From Octopus vulgaris (taxonomy: Eukaryota), in the NCBI GenBank assembly GCA_951406725.2, contig OX597827.1, positions 57,102,001-57,166,000 on the forward strand: 64,000 bases of DNA, read 5' to 3'. The notes beneath the pieces are model-generated. The model worked only from the letters and a program-made list of their open reading frames with translations, was not told the DNA's origin and made no database searches. Of the stretch, positions 52,145-64,000 are shown in pieces. The stretch's first letter is position 1. The number at the start of each line of letters is the position of its first letter. Made by a program: the position numbers and the translations under genes.

Positions 52145-52145
<1 letters not shown>
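51743..52145 (+). mobile_element. family C element with internal deletion, in (AAT)n
   Basis: Same 5' and 3' ends as 7784-8340; deletion between two TGGGCT motifs. Confidence 0.85.
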
Positions 52146-52215
<70 letters not shown>

Positions 52216-52264
52216 TGATGATAATAATAATAATAATAAAACTAAAAATAATAACAATAATAAT

Positions 52265-52677
52265 GGTTTCAAATTTTGTTACAGTGGCAACCATTTTGGA
52301 GGAGGGGATGTGTCGATTACATAGACCCCGAAAGGAGGAAAGACAAAGACGACCATGGCGGAATTTGAACTCAGAACATGGCGACGGGTGAAATACTGCT
52401 AAACATTTCGTCCAGCGTGTTATCAATTCTGCCAGCTCGCCGCTTTAATAAAAATAATCCTTTCTACTTAAAGTACAAGGTCTAGGATCTGTGGGGAGGG
52501 GACTAGTCGATTACATCGACCCCAGTTTTTTACTGGTACTTAATTTATCAACCTCGAAAGGATGAAAGGCAAAGTCAACCTCGGTGGAATTTAATTTGAA
52601 CTCAGAGCGTAGCTGCAGACGAAATGCCGCTAAGCATTTACAACGGCGTGCTAACGATTCTGCCAGCTCGTGGCCTT
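52265..52677 (-). mobile_element. two adjacent SINE family B copies
   Basis: Two family B cores with different tails. Confidence 0.8.
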
Positions 52678-52705
52678 AATGATAATAATGATAATAGTAA
52701 TTTAT

Positions 52706-53103
52706 CAGTTGAGCAAGTCCTTTAGTGGCTGACAATATGTACATCTCTGATCACGAGCGGAAGTATTGGGGGAGCATCGTAGCCATGTGCTGAGAGGAAT
52801 TGCTTGGGGATTGAATAATTCACCTTCGGAAACATGGGTGTGTCGTTTAACATCCTTAAACATCCCTTATTCGGGGACCTTTTGAGTGGGATCGGTTACT
52901 CGAAATGAAGAAAGTTCTACCTGGGTCCCACCTGCAAGGTCATGTGCTGTTTATCTAGATATGAGATCACCATGTCGCGCACATATGGTTGTGATGCATG
53001 TGCCTGATGTACCCTTATTAGACGGGTAGTTATGATGGGTGTACTGGGCTTCGTATATTTTACCCCAGTGTCACTTTGATGGCATGCACTGCTCTCTCAC
53101 CCA
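52706..53103 (+). mobile_element. family C element, 5'-truncated
   Basis: Colinear with 7943-8340. Confidence 0.85.
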
Positions 53104-53109
53104 ATAATG

Positions 53110-53217
<108 letters not shown>

Positions 53218-53884
53218 ACATACACACACACAAAGTTACAAGCGCAAATCGTAAACAATCGCTAAGGCATTCGTTCACAAAGCAAACCCCATTAAAAATA
53301 GGATTATACAAAAAAAAAAAAATAGAAGAGTGTAATGATGTCAGACTGACTCTCACACCAAGATGTTGAGGTTTTTAATCAATTCATTCTCTGAAATGAA
53401 AATATCATTACAGGCAAGAACTTCTACGAAAGCATCATTTTTCCTTTTAAATAATTGTATGCGAATTCTGTATGGTAGGGTCTTTTCCCTTTCAATAAAA
53501 TTAAACAAAAGATGAAATGGGAGCTGTTTTTATTTGAACAGGCCGAGAACCTTAATCCTTTTAAAATTATATGAGAGATCCTTAAGTCAAACCTGAACAC
53601 AAAAACGTTCAAATCAAATCAGCTCAGAGGAAAGGCTTAAGAATTTGAGCTTGTATACTTGTAAAAGCTACTGGTATGTTTACGTCTTCGTTATTTAGCG
53701 GTTTGGTGAAAGAAACCGATAGAATAAATACCAGGGTTAAAAAATTAAGTACGGGGTACGTAAGATATCTGAGGACACATTTATGTTTATGAAAAAAAAA
53801 CCCCAGATATATAACAGATAATAACATTATTTATAAAAGAATGCTATGAGGGTAAAAATAAACTTCCTTTTCTATAATGTTATT

Positions 53885-54410
53885 CAGTTTCAACAACTGC
53901 TTTGAGATCTAAATCATTTACATGCTCGAATCAAGTGGTCCTGGTTAATTTTGGACATTTCTCTGATTATGGCAGCTTTCAAAAAATCGTTGGTGTTGTG
54001 GGTGTGTGTTCATTGACCGCTCTCTCCACAACGCTCCACATGTAATAGTCCAATGGATTGAGATCTAGGGAATTAGGAGGTCAAATGTTTGGGGTTACGT
54101 GATCATGAAAAATTTCAGCCATCCATTCTTGTGTTACTAGAGCCATCTGTGATAGTGCAAAGTCTTACTGAAACACATATGGCTTTTCATTGCATACACT
54201 GTCTATCCAGGGCTTAACAATTGTTTCCAGGACCTCAATGTAGAGTTAACTCTAAGGCCTTGTGGAAAGAAGTGAGGAGGCATCACATGTCCTTCATTGC
54301 TGACAACCCCTAAAACCATGACGATTGCAGAAAATTTTGTATGCATAACACTTGGAACTTCAGAAGGGTCTGCACATAACCATCTGTCATTTCTTCTGTT
54401 AGCTTCTTCT
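53885..54410 (-). mobile_element. Tc1/mariner-superfamily transposase relic
   Basis: GHVMPPHFFPQGL, PPNSLDLNPLDYYMWSVVE; shares CCTTGTGGAAAGAAGTGAGGAGGCATCACATGT with about 46627-46660. Confidence 0.85.
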
Positions 54411-54411
54411 G

Positions 54412-55540
54412 TTAGGATCCTCGTTTTTTTTTACCCAGGTGGAATCATCGTAAAATGGAGGGGTTCCCTTGCATGTAGGATAATATCCATATCCGACGGT
54501 GACGTATTGTTTTGCGAAGTCTAATGATTTAAGAAGTAAAGGCCTGGATAATACGGGTAAAAATCGACACTATCGAACTGCGTAAATTTGCAGTTACACT
54601 TATGGCTAATTCCCTTGAACCAATCTATAACTGACATACTATTTCCCCAGATCCGTAAGTTTAATATTCTATTTAAATTTTTTTTAAACGGAATTTAAAA
54701 TATTTGTGCTACTAATGCCTATTTCTGTTTTAGTGGGGTTGATTAGTCTACATTTAGGGTTTCTACTTAAATTATCTTTATGGTCCATAAGGGTAATAAT
54801 GGGTTGGCGTGAGAGAGGAATTTTATCCTATCACCAACTTTAGCGATCCTTCTTGCTTCAATATTCACCTCTTTATATAAGTTCGTGTTAGCTTTTTTGT
54901 AGGTGTCTGTAATGCTATTCGAAAGGAGTCAATCGTAAACATCTTTTTCAATTGCTTATAGATTTTCTGTTTTATCGGAGTTTACGAAAATATTATCCGA
55001 GTTCCTTATATTTCTAATTTTTTCTTTCCTATCTCTCTGGAGTGAATTGCTGAATTTACGGAATTTTATTCTTCTAAGTTCGAAAAGGTCTTTTTCAAAA
55101 GCTTTTAATTCCATAATAAGTAGTGGGTTTTTAGATTTAATGTCATACTTGTTTCTGTTATTCACTTGTTTCGTGTCAAAGAAGTAAGCTTGCCATCTCA
55201 TTCCTCGGATAAAATCTTCCGTTTTTTTCAATTTGGCTTTTGAGTTATTGCTTCTGCGTAGGGATTGCTATGTTTTTAAAGAAAAATCAAACGAGTAGAG
55301 TTCCATTTTTTAGCTGATTTTTTTCCCCCATTTTTTTCAGCTTCTTCCTACATGTGGAGTGTCGTTCAAACTTTCTTAAAAAGGAACAAGTTACATTAGA
55401 GTAAGCACAGAAATGTGAATCAATGTGGGAAAAAATAGTACTCAAATACCGGAGGTTGCGTAAATATGCTTTATTATTAAAGCTGGAAAAACATCACAAA
55501 AATATCACAAAAAACTGTTCGTTCGTCGGACATTTTTGAT
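54412..55540 (-). mobile_element. Penelope-like element remnant, Naiad-type RT N-terminal half with upstream pLTR relic
   Basis: MRWQAYFF, SDKTENL, PKCRLINPTKTEIGIS, SVIDWF, KFTQFDSVDFYP, SLDFAKQY, DIILHAR, WVKK across frameshifts; CCGACGA core remnant at about 55524-55530. Confidence 0.8.
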
Positions 55541-55952
55541 TGAGAATGGAAAAAAATTAAGGTGATATGTATAAATATACAATTTGCATTGACAGATACA
55601 CATTTGAAATTGGTTTTGTTTCACAGATTCTTTCAACTAATGGGTTTTTTTCTAAGAAACGTTGATGTACATAAAAGGTTTAAAAATCATCATGTAAAAT
55701 CAAAGGAAACCTTAAATAAAAAATATAACTTTAGTTAGAAGGAAAAAAAACATATTTGCCCAGAGTAAATTAATTAATGGTAAAATAAATTTAATTAAAA
55801 TAAATCTAAGTCTGTTTATAATAATATTCACTTACAGAAATATAACAGCATAAAAATATAAACGCATTACATACAAATAACATTCACTTATTCATACACA
55901 CACTAAAGACATATACATACATAAATATGTACACTATATATATGTATAATAT

Positions 55953-56245
55953 ATAATATATTCTGTTACTGTATTAATTCATTCCATCTGGAATTTTCCG
56001 TCCTTCATTTTTAGTCCTTGTTTGTCCTTCCCTTCAATGACATTTCTTATATCACTGACGCAACCAGACATGCAGTGTCATGGAATTTAGACCTCAGATT
56101 TTCAACGCGCCAAATTTCTCTTTTAGTCTGATCTATATATATATATAGAGAGAGATATAAGAAATGTCATTGAAGGGAAGGACAAACAAGGACTAAAAAT
56201 GAAGGACGGAAAATTCCAGATGGAATGAATTAATACAGTAACAGA

Positions 56246-56253
<8 letters not shown>
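55953..56253. repeat. ~100-bp inverted repeat ending at (TA)n
   Basis: 55953-56054 is the reverse complement of about 56154-56253. Confidence 0.9.
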
Positions 56254-56309
<56 letters not shown>

Positions 56310-56949
56310 CAGGGTTTTTTTTTTTAGTATTTAGTTAGTATTGCGGGTGAGAAACTATTTCGAAATTGCACAAGGTGATTTGTTTCTGTTCCTTTCTTTC
56401 AATAATGCATAATTCCCTTCAATTTTCCTTCTTCATTCTTTTTTTTTTTAAGTTTTGTGGGATTTGTATTCAAATAATTTTTTTAAAGAAAGTTTGTTAT
56501 TTTTTCCAATTATATTATGTAATTACATCATGCATGGCCTATAGTTTTGTTCACAAAATGTAATCATCTCTGGACCTTCCAGGAACGGAAAAATGTTTTC
56601 AATTCATGATGAATATCATAGCTTTAGGATCCTTGAAAAGACGTTAACAATAACAAATTAAAATTCCATTAATTAAACCGTCCATTGATTAGATTAATTC
56701 AGCAAAATAAAAGGACCTTCATCCTTCTGTGTTCAAGAAAAGAAAAAGCAAAAAGTATAACGTTCTGCGGTGGAAAACAGACGTTCGCTTCTTTATCGGA
56801 GAATTCTTCTTCGATCGACAGCAGAAATATATCTAAGATATACAATTAAAAGCTTCAGAATTTGTATCAGAGCTCGTAACTAAAGTACTCCTTATGAGGT
56901 GAAGAGGAAACAGTTTACTAATTACAAATTCTGCTTTTTCTGCTCATTC

Positions 56950-57575
56950 TGTAAAATTTCAAACTTATGAATTGGAGAGTGTTTTTGACTGAAGAGTCTA
57001 GATATGTAAACCATGCTAATTATGCGCAGAAAATTATTAAGTTATAGTCTCCCTTTACAGAATCAATACACGTTTGGCGAGTGGTGTCTAGCTTGCGTGT
57101 AGATGATGCGTAGTTGGATAAAGTTAAGAAGGATTGAAGAGTCATGTTACTGCATAAGATGTCGAAATTATTATATGTGGCAGCAAGTAGGTCTCTGATA
57201 TATTGAAAGCAGACAGTAAGGGACTAAGGCGAACATTCAGAAACACCAGAGAGGTGCAAGAGTGTGGCGGAAATAGGTCTGTCAACACATGCCGCGATGG
57301 TGCGATCTGTTAGGAGGCTTCCGGTCCAGGACATGAAAGTTGGGTTGATCCGGTAGGTGGAAAGTTTTAATAGGTGACACGTATTTCAAACACAGTTGAA
57401 GATTTTGTTGATGTCTAGGGCAACAACATTGCTTTCACCGAAGCTCTCTAAAGCCAGTAGGCTGCCAGTGGATCTGGCTCTGGAGAAGTACTGGTGATTA
57501 TGAGTAAATAATTAGAGCACACGATTTTTAATGGATGTCTCCATTACCATAGAGAGATATTAGAAGTGAGATCAA
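56950..57575 (-). mobile_element. decayed LINE reverse transcriptase (CR1/L2/Jockey-type)
   Basis: ALESFGESNVVALDINKIFN (ALDISKAFD-like), LKLSTYRINP..SW..SLLTDRTI. Confidence 0.7.
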
Positions 57576-57643
57576 CAGGTGTATTGTTGGGGTAAGTTTG
57601 AGTATATAGGAAGCGATATTCTCAGGGCATCGTTATGTGTATC

Positions 57644-57676
<33 letters not shown>

Positions 57677-57713
57677 CATACATACATACATACATACATA
57701 CATACATACATAC

Positions 57714-58092
57714 ATGGCACTCCGTCGCTTATGACGACGAGGGTTCCAGTTGATCCGATCAACGGAACAGCCTGCTCGTGAAATTAACGTGCAAGTGGCT
57801 GAGCACTCCACAGACATGTGTACCCTTAACGTAGTACTCGGGGATATTCAGTGTGACACAGAGTGTAACAAGGCTGGCCCTTTGAATTATAGGCACAACA
57901 GAAACAGGAAGTAAGAGTGAGAGAAAGTTGTGGTGAAAGAGTACAGCAAGGTTCGCCATCATCCCCTGCCGGAGGTTGTGGAGCTTTAGGTGTTTCCTCT
58001 CAATAAACACCCACAACGCCCAGTCAGGGAATCGAAACCGCGATCCTCTGACCGCGAGTCCGCTGCCCTAACCACTGGGTCATTGCGCCTCC
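57714..58092 (-). mobile_element. SINE with family D head and a different 3' half
   Basis: Head GGAGGCGCAATGACCCAGTGGTTAGGGCAGCGGACTCGCGGTC shared with 12709; diverges after CAACTTTCTCTCACTCTT. Confidence 0.85.
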
Positions 58093-58216
58093 ACACACAC
58101 ACACACACGCATGCACACACACGCGCATGCACACACACGCGCGCGCACACACACACACATGCATGCATACATACATACATACATACATACATACATACAT
58201 ACATACATACATACAT

Positions 58217-58268
<52 letters not shown>

Positions 58269-58486
58269 ATTCAATTACTATATCTATCAACAAGTTGAGT
58301 TAGCTATAACAGTGAGGCAACGAGGTGTTTTTTTGTCATATCATTTTCCCCTCAGTATTTGTGCCTCGTCTAAATATATTTATTTCATTGCACTCACTTC
58401 GTTAATGTTCTTGCTGAAGACATTAAGACACCAACGGTTTGTTTGAAGTGAATCACTAACCGATGACCACCACCTTCTTCACAAGC

Positions 58487-58566
<80 letters not shown>

Positions 58567-58969
58567 GCATACATACATGTACACTCACACAAACACTCTT
58601 TCTACCTCTCACTCTCTTGGGGGTAACTATTTAAGAAATGTCCAGCAGAAAACTGAATACTTTTAATGTATACCAACCAAACGTGTTGTGTTCGATAAAT
58701 ATGGCGCTTTGTTATTTCTTATTTGAATGCTACTTTTAAAGGAATTAACAGAGAGGGAGAGAGAGAGAGGGAGGGGGAAAGAAAGAAAAAAAAAGAAAAG
58801 GAAATAAAAAGAAAGTTGAAACCCAAAGTTTAAGAACGAGAACTTCAATTACATCGAAAACAATCAGCAAAACATCGACAAAACAAGAAAAACGACGACA
58901 GCACAAAAGACATGAACAATAATAACCGCAGTTAAATGTAGTGTACAATGTAAATAATAAAAAAAATAA

Positions 58970-59356
58970 ACTTTTGTACTATAGGTACAAGGCCTGAAAT
59001 TTGGGGGGAGGGGACTAGTCGATAACATCGACCCCAGTGTTTCACTGGTACTTAATTTATCGACTCCGAAAGAATGAAAGGCAAAGTCGACCTCGGCGGA
59101 ATTTGAACTCAGAACTCAGAACTATTTCTTTACTACACACAAGGGGCTAAGCACAGAGAGGACAAACAAGGACAGACAAACGGATTAAGTCGATTATATC
59201 GACCCACAGTGTGTAACTGGTACTTATTTAATCGACCCCGAAAGGATGAAAGGCAAAGTCGACCTCGGCGGAATTTGAACTCAGAAAGTAACGGCAGACG
59301 AAATACAGCTACGCATTTCGCCCGGCGTGTTAAAGTTTCTGCCAGCTGGCCGCCTT
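58970..59356 (-). mobile_element. SINE family B dimer
   Basis: Long-tail unit fused to a second unit starting at GTTCTGAG. Confidence 0.85.
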
Positions 59357-59544
59357 AATAATAATAGGTAATAACAATGATAACCTTAAGTTACATACAA
59401 ACAAAAGGGGTGGGGAATGACTTGGATGTTCTTGAAGCATGACCAGTAAACAAGTGCCACCTTAGTCTGCTGGCTGTAGTCAGCTGACACTTGCCATCAT
59501 ACCCAGCAATATAAGTTGTGAGTTTTCATAAAAGGAAAATAATA

Positions 59545-59754
59545 GTCCTTCCTACTGGAGGCACAAGGGCTCAAATTTGTGGAGAGGTGACCAGTCGATT
59601 ACATCGACACCAGTATTCCACTGGTACTAAACTTATCGACCCCGAAAGGATGAAAGGCAAAGTCGACATCCGTGGAATTTGAACTCAGAACGTAGCGACG
59701 GGTGGAATACCGGTATTTTCTCCAGCCTGCTCACAATTTTGCAAGCTCACCGCC

Positions 59755-59756
<2 letters not shown>
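59545..59756 (-). mobile_element. SINE family B copy next to (AAT)n
   Basis: Family B core. Confidence 0.8.
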
Positions 59757-59847
<91 letters not shown>

Positions 59848-60341
59848 GTAATATAAATAGAAGAAACAAAAGAAAGCACTTTGTCAGGTTTCCTTGAGAA
59901 TTCATTCATTTCAAAACAGAAATCGAAAATTTTTCAAATAAATAAATATAAATATTAGGTAAAAGGAAGAGAAAATATTTTTAAAAGTAGGTTACAAATG
60001 ATTTTTTAAAAAACTCTTGTCCAATCCTGTAACTTTCCTTTGGGAACAAAATGATTTGAATAAAGATATGGGTTTCTCTTCCTTAATCCCTTTCTTTCTT
60101 TCTTTCTTTTTTTCTTTCTTTCTTTTTTTTTTCTTTCTTTCTTTCATTTTTGCATTCGTTTCTTCGTTCTTTCTTTTGTTTATGCGTTTAATATTCTTTT
60201 TATTTTCTTCATTTGAATTTTGCTTCACATATTCAGCTCTATTACTTTTTACACTGTCACCTACCTTGCTGTTAATACCACCTATATTTCTAATATTTCT
60301 ATATTTTTGTGAGTGTGTGTGCCTGTCAGTCTGTCCGCCTG

Positions 60342-60409
<68 letters not shown>

Positions 60410-60477
60410 ACTATCTATCTATCTAGCTAGCTAGCTCCTACACGCATTTTTTTCTCTCCTTGTCTTTTTTCTGTGTA

Positions 60478-60515
60478 TCTTTCTGTTGAAGAGCGTAGGC
60501 TCGAAACGTAAAAGA
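60478..60515 (+). ncRNA. minimal hammerhead ribozyme with A6U change
   Basis: TCTTT-CTGTTGA-a-GAGC(gtag)GCTC-GAA-ACGT-A-AAAGA inside a ~180-bp insert in (CTAT)n. Confidence 0.7.
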
Positions 60516-60612
60516 CTTGTTATATTTCTATTCCTGAGTGCCAAACTAATACATTTGTGTGTTTGTATTCCACCTGCCTTCGTCTTTTGTTTATTTTCGT
60601 AAACCTTCCCAT

Positions 60613-60697
<85 letters not shown>

Positions 60698-60702
60698 GTA
60701 TA

Positions 60703-60933
60703 CAGAGTTGGCTAAAAGTCACCCGACAGTAAGTCAAAACCTATCTAATTCCAAGATTTATTTATGTTTAACAACTGAATGAATATAATAAAAGCATCTA
60801 AATATGAAATACCACGAAAATTGTTCAAATTGAAGTCCTTGAGTGACACATTTTCCCATTCAAGTCAATACAGAATTACAGATAGTATTTATGGAATTTT
60901 GATCTACTGTCGAGTGAGTTTTGGCCAACACTG
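60703..60933. mobile_element. Tc1/mariner-type MITE (231 bp)
   Basis: TA-CAGAGTTGGCTAAAAGTCACCCGACAGTA ... TACTGTCGAGTGAGTTTTGGCCAACACTG-TA. Confidence 0.88.
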
Positions 60934-61186
60934 TATATACACACATGTGTTCAGGTTCTGAGTACATGGTCTATTCAATTTGCAAATCAGGACACAAATT
61001 GAAGAGAACATGTGCTCAGAGCAAAATGGTTGTTTGGAGGTACAAAGCATGTTAGAAAACCTGCATAGACATATGTCTTCACAGCAAGAGACTATTAGTA
61101 ACTCATAACTTTGTACTGTGTACATTAAATGATATTTTTCTCTCACGGGATGGAATAACTTTTTTGTTGATCTTAACGGAAAAGTA

Positions 61187-61258
<72 letters not shown>

Positions 61259-61273
61259 ATATTTATATATATA

Positions 61274-61822
61274 CGAGCAAAGCGCCCCCCGTCCAATGGA
61301 CGGTGCTGAATTATAACTGCTGAATAAAAAGCAATCAGTGTTTTCTTTTCATTAAAAAATAATTAAGCATTCCTTTAATTCAATAAATTTTTTGGTTTTG
61401 TTAAACGAAATTAAGGCAAAAAAAAAATTCTTGAGAAACCAAATAGTCTTTCCTTCCTTCATGCCAAGTTTGAAGAAAATATCTTTTTTGTATCTTACTT
61501 TTTTGGTCTCTTAAATATACCGCATTTTGTGGCATTATTTCAAGCCAGTCGGCTTTTTTTTGCGCAAACTGCACGTGCATTTTTCTCGCGTACGCGTAGT
61601 ATCGATCGCAACAGCTGATGTACTTGCGCGTACAAATGCACGTTCCCACGGCTTATCAATCGCATTCTCACCTGGAATCGAGTTTTGTAATTTTTTCAAG
61701 ACTTATACACACCTTGAAACTGTCTATCTATATATCAAATCTGAGCGCAATCGGATGGGGGATGCCCGAGATCCTAAAAGACACACACACACAGACAAAC
61801 AGAACGGATTTTATATAATAGA
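61274..61822 (-). mobile_element. non-autonomous Helitron
   Basis: Minus strand A|TCTATTATATAAAA start, CCGTCC-att-GGACGG hairpin, CTCG|T end (CTAG variant). Confidence 0.8.
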
Positions 61823-62246
61823 TAACAAATGAAAGACAGAAGATGGAATATACGAGAATATATTATTAATCACAACAATTGTTTTGACACATCTGGCATC
61901 GACTCCTCTTGTGGGACAGACAAATAAATAAAAAGTCTCGTTAAAATGACAGTTCCATAATGCAAAATTCTTCATATATATAGAAGATCCCAAAATAAAA
62001 TTGTAGAAGACAAAAAGAGAAACGAACACTTAATCCAGAGAGAAAAGTATTGAATATAACCGTTAAGTGATATGGATGTATAAACACCCTCGGGCAAGCA
62101 GCATGGCACGATTACACACGCTCATACAAGCACTAGCAAAAATGTGAGCATACGCACACGTAAGGTTAGGTGCACTTATAATTACAAAGCGAGTTAGATA
62201 TTTAGTAGGTGTTTACATATGTATATATATATGTGAGTGTATATAC

Positions 62247-62307
<61 letters not shown>

Positions 62308-62494
62308 TATATATATATATATGTATATATATATGTATGTATATATAGATGCATATGTATATGTGTGTGTGTGTGCACATTCACACTTGTGCACATATTC
62401 ATATATAATGCGTCGTTTCCATATGAATCCACAAGTATATATATTCGTGTCCGAGCATATATATGTGTGTGTGAGTGTATATATATATATACAC

Positions 62495-62800
62495 TGACCA
62501 TGGGATTGCACCTAGAAAGTTACCCTCCTAGTCACAAGTCTGGGCAAGGTGGTTTTATGGAAGACCAGCAGTCGCCCATGTATACCGGCCTCCCCTCTCC
62601 ACGCCATCAGTGTTATCCAAGGGAAAGGCAAAGGTCGTTACAGTTTGGCACCAGTGACGTCGCAACTCATTTCTACAGCTGAATGAACTGGAGCAACGTG
62701 AAATAAAGTGTCCTGCTCAAGAAGACAACACGCAGCCCGGTCCGGGATTCGAGCCCACAACCTCACGATCGTAAGCTCGACGCTCTAACCACTGAGCCAT
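62495..62800 (-). mobile_element. SINE family E copy
   Basis: Colinear with 45436-45741. Confidence 0.85.
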
Positions 62801-62904
62801 ATATGTATATCTGCATATAAATATATATATATATGTATATCTGCATATAAATATATATATATATGTATATCTGCATATAAATATATATATATATGTATAT
62901 CTGC

Positions 62905-62915
<11 letters not shown>
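62801..62915. repeat. 30-bp tandem repeat x4
   Basis: ATATGTATATCTGCATATAAATATATATAT repeated. Confidence 0.85.
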
Positions 62916-62955
<40 letters not shown>

Positions 62956-63285
62956 GATATACATACGTATATGTACATACTTACATCTATACGTATACAT
63001 ACTTACATCTATACGTATACGTATATATATGCATATGTGGGCACAGGACGTAAGGAAACGAGTACAACAAAAAGGTACGAAGCACGAGTACATGGAACAT
63101 GAACAATTCCTTTGAACAACGAAAGACACAAATGGAAAACAAAACCTGAAATTGTCGATAAAGACAAGAAACGATTGTAGTGGCGGTTTTTTTGACTCAC
63201 ATTTCGAGCATTGTTAAAAGAATAGTTCATGTATTGATTAAGTCGTGCTTCTACTTGTTTGTTTTGCAAAATTTGGTTTTGTGCC

Positions 63286-63347
<62 letters not shown>

Positions 63348-63396
63348 GTATAGATGTATGTACATATACGTATGTATATATGCATATATATATATA

Positions 63397-63464
<68 letters not shown>

Positions 63465-63485
63465 TGTATATATAATATATATTAT

Positions 63486-63885
63486 AGGCGGTGGAGTGGC
63501 TGTGTGGTAAGTAGCTTGCTTACGAACCACATGGTTCCGGTTTTAGTCCCACTGCGTGGTACCTTGGGCAAGTGTCTTCTACTATAGCCTCGGGCTGACC
63601 AAAGTCTTGTGAGTGGATTTGGTAGACGGAAACTGAAAGAAGCCCGTCGCATATATGTATATGTATGTGTGTGTGTTTGTGTGTCTGTGTTTGTCTCCCC
63701 AACATCGCTTGACAACCGATGCTGGTGTGTTTAAGTCCCCGTAACTTAGCGGTTCGGCAAAATAGACAGATAGAATAAGTACTAGGCTTACAAAGAATAA
63801 GTCCTGGGGTCGATTTGCTCGACTAAAGGTGGTGCTCCAGCATGGCCGCAGTCAAATGACTGAAACAAGTAAAAGATTAAAAGAG
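63486..63885 (+). mobile_element. SINE family A, full length
   Basis: Colinear with 80-523. Confidence 0.88.
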
Positions 63886-63966
63886 TATATGATTGAACGC
63901 ACGCATCCTCTTCCAAGTAAGTTTTATCTTATATGTGTGTGTGTGTGTGTATGTGTGTATACACGG

Positions 63967-64000
<34 letters not shown>

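Noticed and set aside
54925-54935. In-frame TGA in the Naiad-type ORF as selenocysteine
   Set aside because: The ORF has other stops and frameshifts, and the context is not a Cys motif; simple decay is more likely

Overview
AT-rich eukaryotic DNA made almost entirely of microsatellites and decayed transposons. The SINE repertoire looks like that of an octopus/coleoid cephalopod (inference). I found no convincing host gene, and most ORFs in the track are translations of (TA)n, (CA)n, (TACA)n and (AAT)n tracts. Identifiable content: at least four tRNA-derived SINE families, R4/Dong-like retroelement remnants sitting in (AAT)n, Tc1/mariner relics and MITEs, non-autonomous Helitrons, LINE RT fragments and a Penelope-like (Naiad-type) RT remnant. 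The main finding is at 23330-24830: about 2.9 near-identical 492-bp units. Each unit carries an intact type I hammerhead ribozyme on the minus strand, and the array ends in an inverted 5' segment inside a (TA)n tract. This fits a non-coding retrozyme that could yield 492-nt self-cleaved (circularisable) RNAs mobilised by Penelope-like elements. About a dozen further intact or decayed hammerhead motifs and many (TA)n-associated hairpins are scattered across the window. All structures were folded by eye, not computed.
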